Origin: Hyphochytrium catenoides
Lineage: Eukaryota > Protista > Hyphochytriomycota
Assembly: GCA_900088475.1 (NCBI GenBank)
Contig: FLMG01000406.1
Location: forward strand, 1-47,532
Reading direction: 5' to 3'
Length of the DNA: 47,532 nt
Shown: positions 45,601 to 47,532 of the stretch, one piece after another
Position numbering within the stretch: the stretch's first letter is position 1
Layout: every line of letters starts with the position of its first letter
Program-made: the position numbers and the translations under genes
The notes under the pieces: model-generated
What the model was told of the DNA's origin: nothing
Database searches by the model: none
The model's input: only the letters and a program-made list of their open reading frames with translations

Positions 45601-47362
45601 GGCGGAAGTGCCCTTTTCTCCTCCGTCAACCCCTATTGCGAAGTCTCACTTGGGCATGAGACCTTTAGAACACCAGTACGACTCTAGAAGCACTCAATTG
45701 ACACATACCACGTGACTAACCTTTCTACCTTTAACGTTCATTTTGGCCCTAGGTCGCCAAGGGGCAGCGCAATCCTGTTTGGACTGAAGACAATGACTGC
45801 ACATTGGAGTCTCCTCTGTATGACGGTGGCCTGTTATCCATTAGAGTGAAGAGCAGAAACACCATCCGTGGGGACGAGCTGCTCTCTACCCTTACAATTG
45901 ACCTCAATGACCTGCCCAACATGCAAAAAGTTATCAAAAAGTTCCCTCTCGTGCTTGCCTACAGCACAATGCAACAGTCCACGGTACGCATGCTTCTTAC
46001 TTCCCCTTACATCTATCTTCTAGTCCAGGAGAAATCTTTATGAACGTCAGCGTCTGCTTAGTAGGACCCCACATCTACTCCGCGAGATGGCCCTTCATCA
46101 TGTCCTTTGGTCTCTCATCTCTCGTCCGTCTGCAGATTACGCTTGCTCTGGAATATCAAAACCCCAAGAAAGAGTATGAACAGAGCCAGAAGCTCAAGAC
46201 CATGAGCAATGATACGTATGAGGAAGTGCTTGATGAGGAGAGGAAGAAAGCGCTGGAAATCAAACAGTCCGCTGAGGATGCGCTGCAAGAGGCTCAACGC
46301 AAGGCAGAGCAGTTGAAAGAAGAGGCAGAACGCCTGATGGAAGATGCTAGGCTCAAGGCAGGAGAGGAACTTGAGAAAGCACGGTACGACTCACAAATCG
46401 TCCTAACTAGGAAATCTTGCCGTATAGCCCGTTGGTGGACCTATGAGACGCTCTATTTCCATGTTGTCATGCTGAGCCCTTCTGGCACCTGATGGGCCCA
46501 AATACCTTCCTGCTCCTGCTGTGAAAGCTGCCTCTAACGCCTTTGTTGATGTAGCCAAGAGATTGAGGCAGCGAAAGAAGCAGCAGCAGCTCAGCAGTCG
46601 GAGGTTGAGCAGCTGACAGAGGCCACGCGCGACGTCCAGAACAAAACGCGCGCGCTTCTAGAACAAGACATTTCATCAGCGCTTGTGCCTTACAAAAAGA
46701 TGATCGCTGCACATGTAAGCGGACCGTCACCTCGAAGCCAAAAATTCGTCCGACACTCTACATCCTTTTCTTGTGGCCGTGATGCTGTTCTTACCCATAA
46801 ATCAGTCTAATTTGTTACGCGGCTTTGCAGGAGTCCTTAGATCTGGTTCAAAAGCGGATGATAGCGGACGGAGTACCTGAGATGACGGTGAAGGCTTTCA
46901 TCGAGGGCCATCGAGCCATGGAAGAGACATTTTCGTTCTATCAGAAACAATGGGCAAAGGAGAAGGAGGAGCAGAGAAAGAAGGAACAGGCCGCGAAGAA
47001 AGCCTCAGAAATGTATGTGGCTCCAGGAGAGGGCTGTAGACCTCGTCCCTCAGAATTCTCGCGCTCCTTTCTCCTCTCTCTCTCTCTCTCCCTCTTACCT
47101 TGTACAAGCTTCTCTTCCATCGATGCTCACGCGCCTCTTTCCATCTTACGGTCCGATCCGTCTTATGGTTTGGTCTCGCCTTACTCCCTCGGCTTGTCTG
47201 ACGCTGTTGTGCTGTGATGTTAGTGAGATGTTTGCGGGGCTCTCTGCTGACCAGACTGCCCTACTGCGGCGGCTTGCGAAGCTTGAGAAGCAGCTGGCAA
47301 ATGCGGGCATTCAGATTGCAGAGGATATTCCGTATGAGGAGGCTAAAGCTAAGGTGGAAGAG
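42639..47362 (+). CDS. Multidomain signalling protein DEP-PDZ-PDZ-PH-C2-coiled coil; 3'-truncated by the window end
   Basis: DEP: VFKGSYATKILV...LGEAMMKKGIFKAV...KFRNDDSLYRF. PDZ1: GPLNLQL...VEKGDYIVEIAGVPV...PRPLSITF. PDZ2: SMGLRL...IKVGDVVLRVNGVDV. PH: KKGILYKMGAVVKSWKNRYF...AASKEDKDAWIEAL. C2: VISASNLK...VNPYCEVSLG...RNPVW. An E/K/A-rich coiled coil follows. The last complete exon ends at 47362 with a GT donor. Confidence 0.88.
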
Positions 47363-47419
47363 GTAGGGCACCAGGAAGACCGTCTAAGAACTCTCCGTTT
47401 TCCTCCTTCGTTACACCTG

Positions 47420-47532
47420 CCGCTCATCTCCTGTTCATTCTTCTCGTGTCCGGTCTTGCATACCCTCTCTCGTCTCTCTCGGCCTCTCTCTCTGTCTCTC
47501 CGCTCATCTCCTGTTCATTCTTCTCGTGTCCG
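47420..47532 (+). repeat. Exact 33-nt direct repeat at 80-nt period in an intron
   Basis: CCGCTCATCTCCTGTTCATTCTTCTCGTGTCCG at 47420-47452 and 47500-47532. The second copy is cut by the window end. Confidence 0.92.

Noticed and set aside
1-47532. Introner-like repeated introns, an alternative genetic code, CRISPR-like arrays or prokaryotic/viral gene clusters
   Set aside because: Traced introns share no obvious sequence beyond splice signals. Gene models translate in the standard code without in-frame stops. No regularly spaced repeat array or viral hallmark gene was seen.

Overview
Intron-rich eukaryotic nuclear DNA (about 50% GC, GT-AG introns mostly 60-400 nt). The protein content suggests a stramenopile/ochrophyte, which is my inference only. 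By splicing by hand I can support about ten genes: a Rad16-type SNF2/RING repair ATPase with an N-terminal PARP-type zinc finger (+), two intronless orphan ORFs (- and +), importin-9 (-) head-to-head with golgin-84 (+), a CCHC-knuckle/PH/CAMK-type kinase (-), a tandem pair of distantly related multi-pass membrane proteins (+), a histidine phosphatase (+), a small tail-anchored FKBP (-), and a DEP-PDZ-PDZ-PH-C2-coiled-coil protein (+) that runs off the window. I saw no rRNA, tRNA, CRISPR array or intact mobile element, and I cannot demonstrate a coherent new multi-gene system. The best leads are the multidomain signalling scaffold, the TPR-less tail-anchored FKBP with a 10-nt microexon, a 16-nt motif shared by two divergent promoters, and a diverged inverted duplication at 9.8-10.3 kb. 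All exon boundaries and domain calls come from reading motifs, not from searches.
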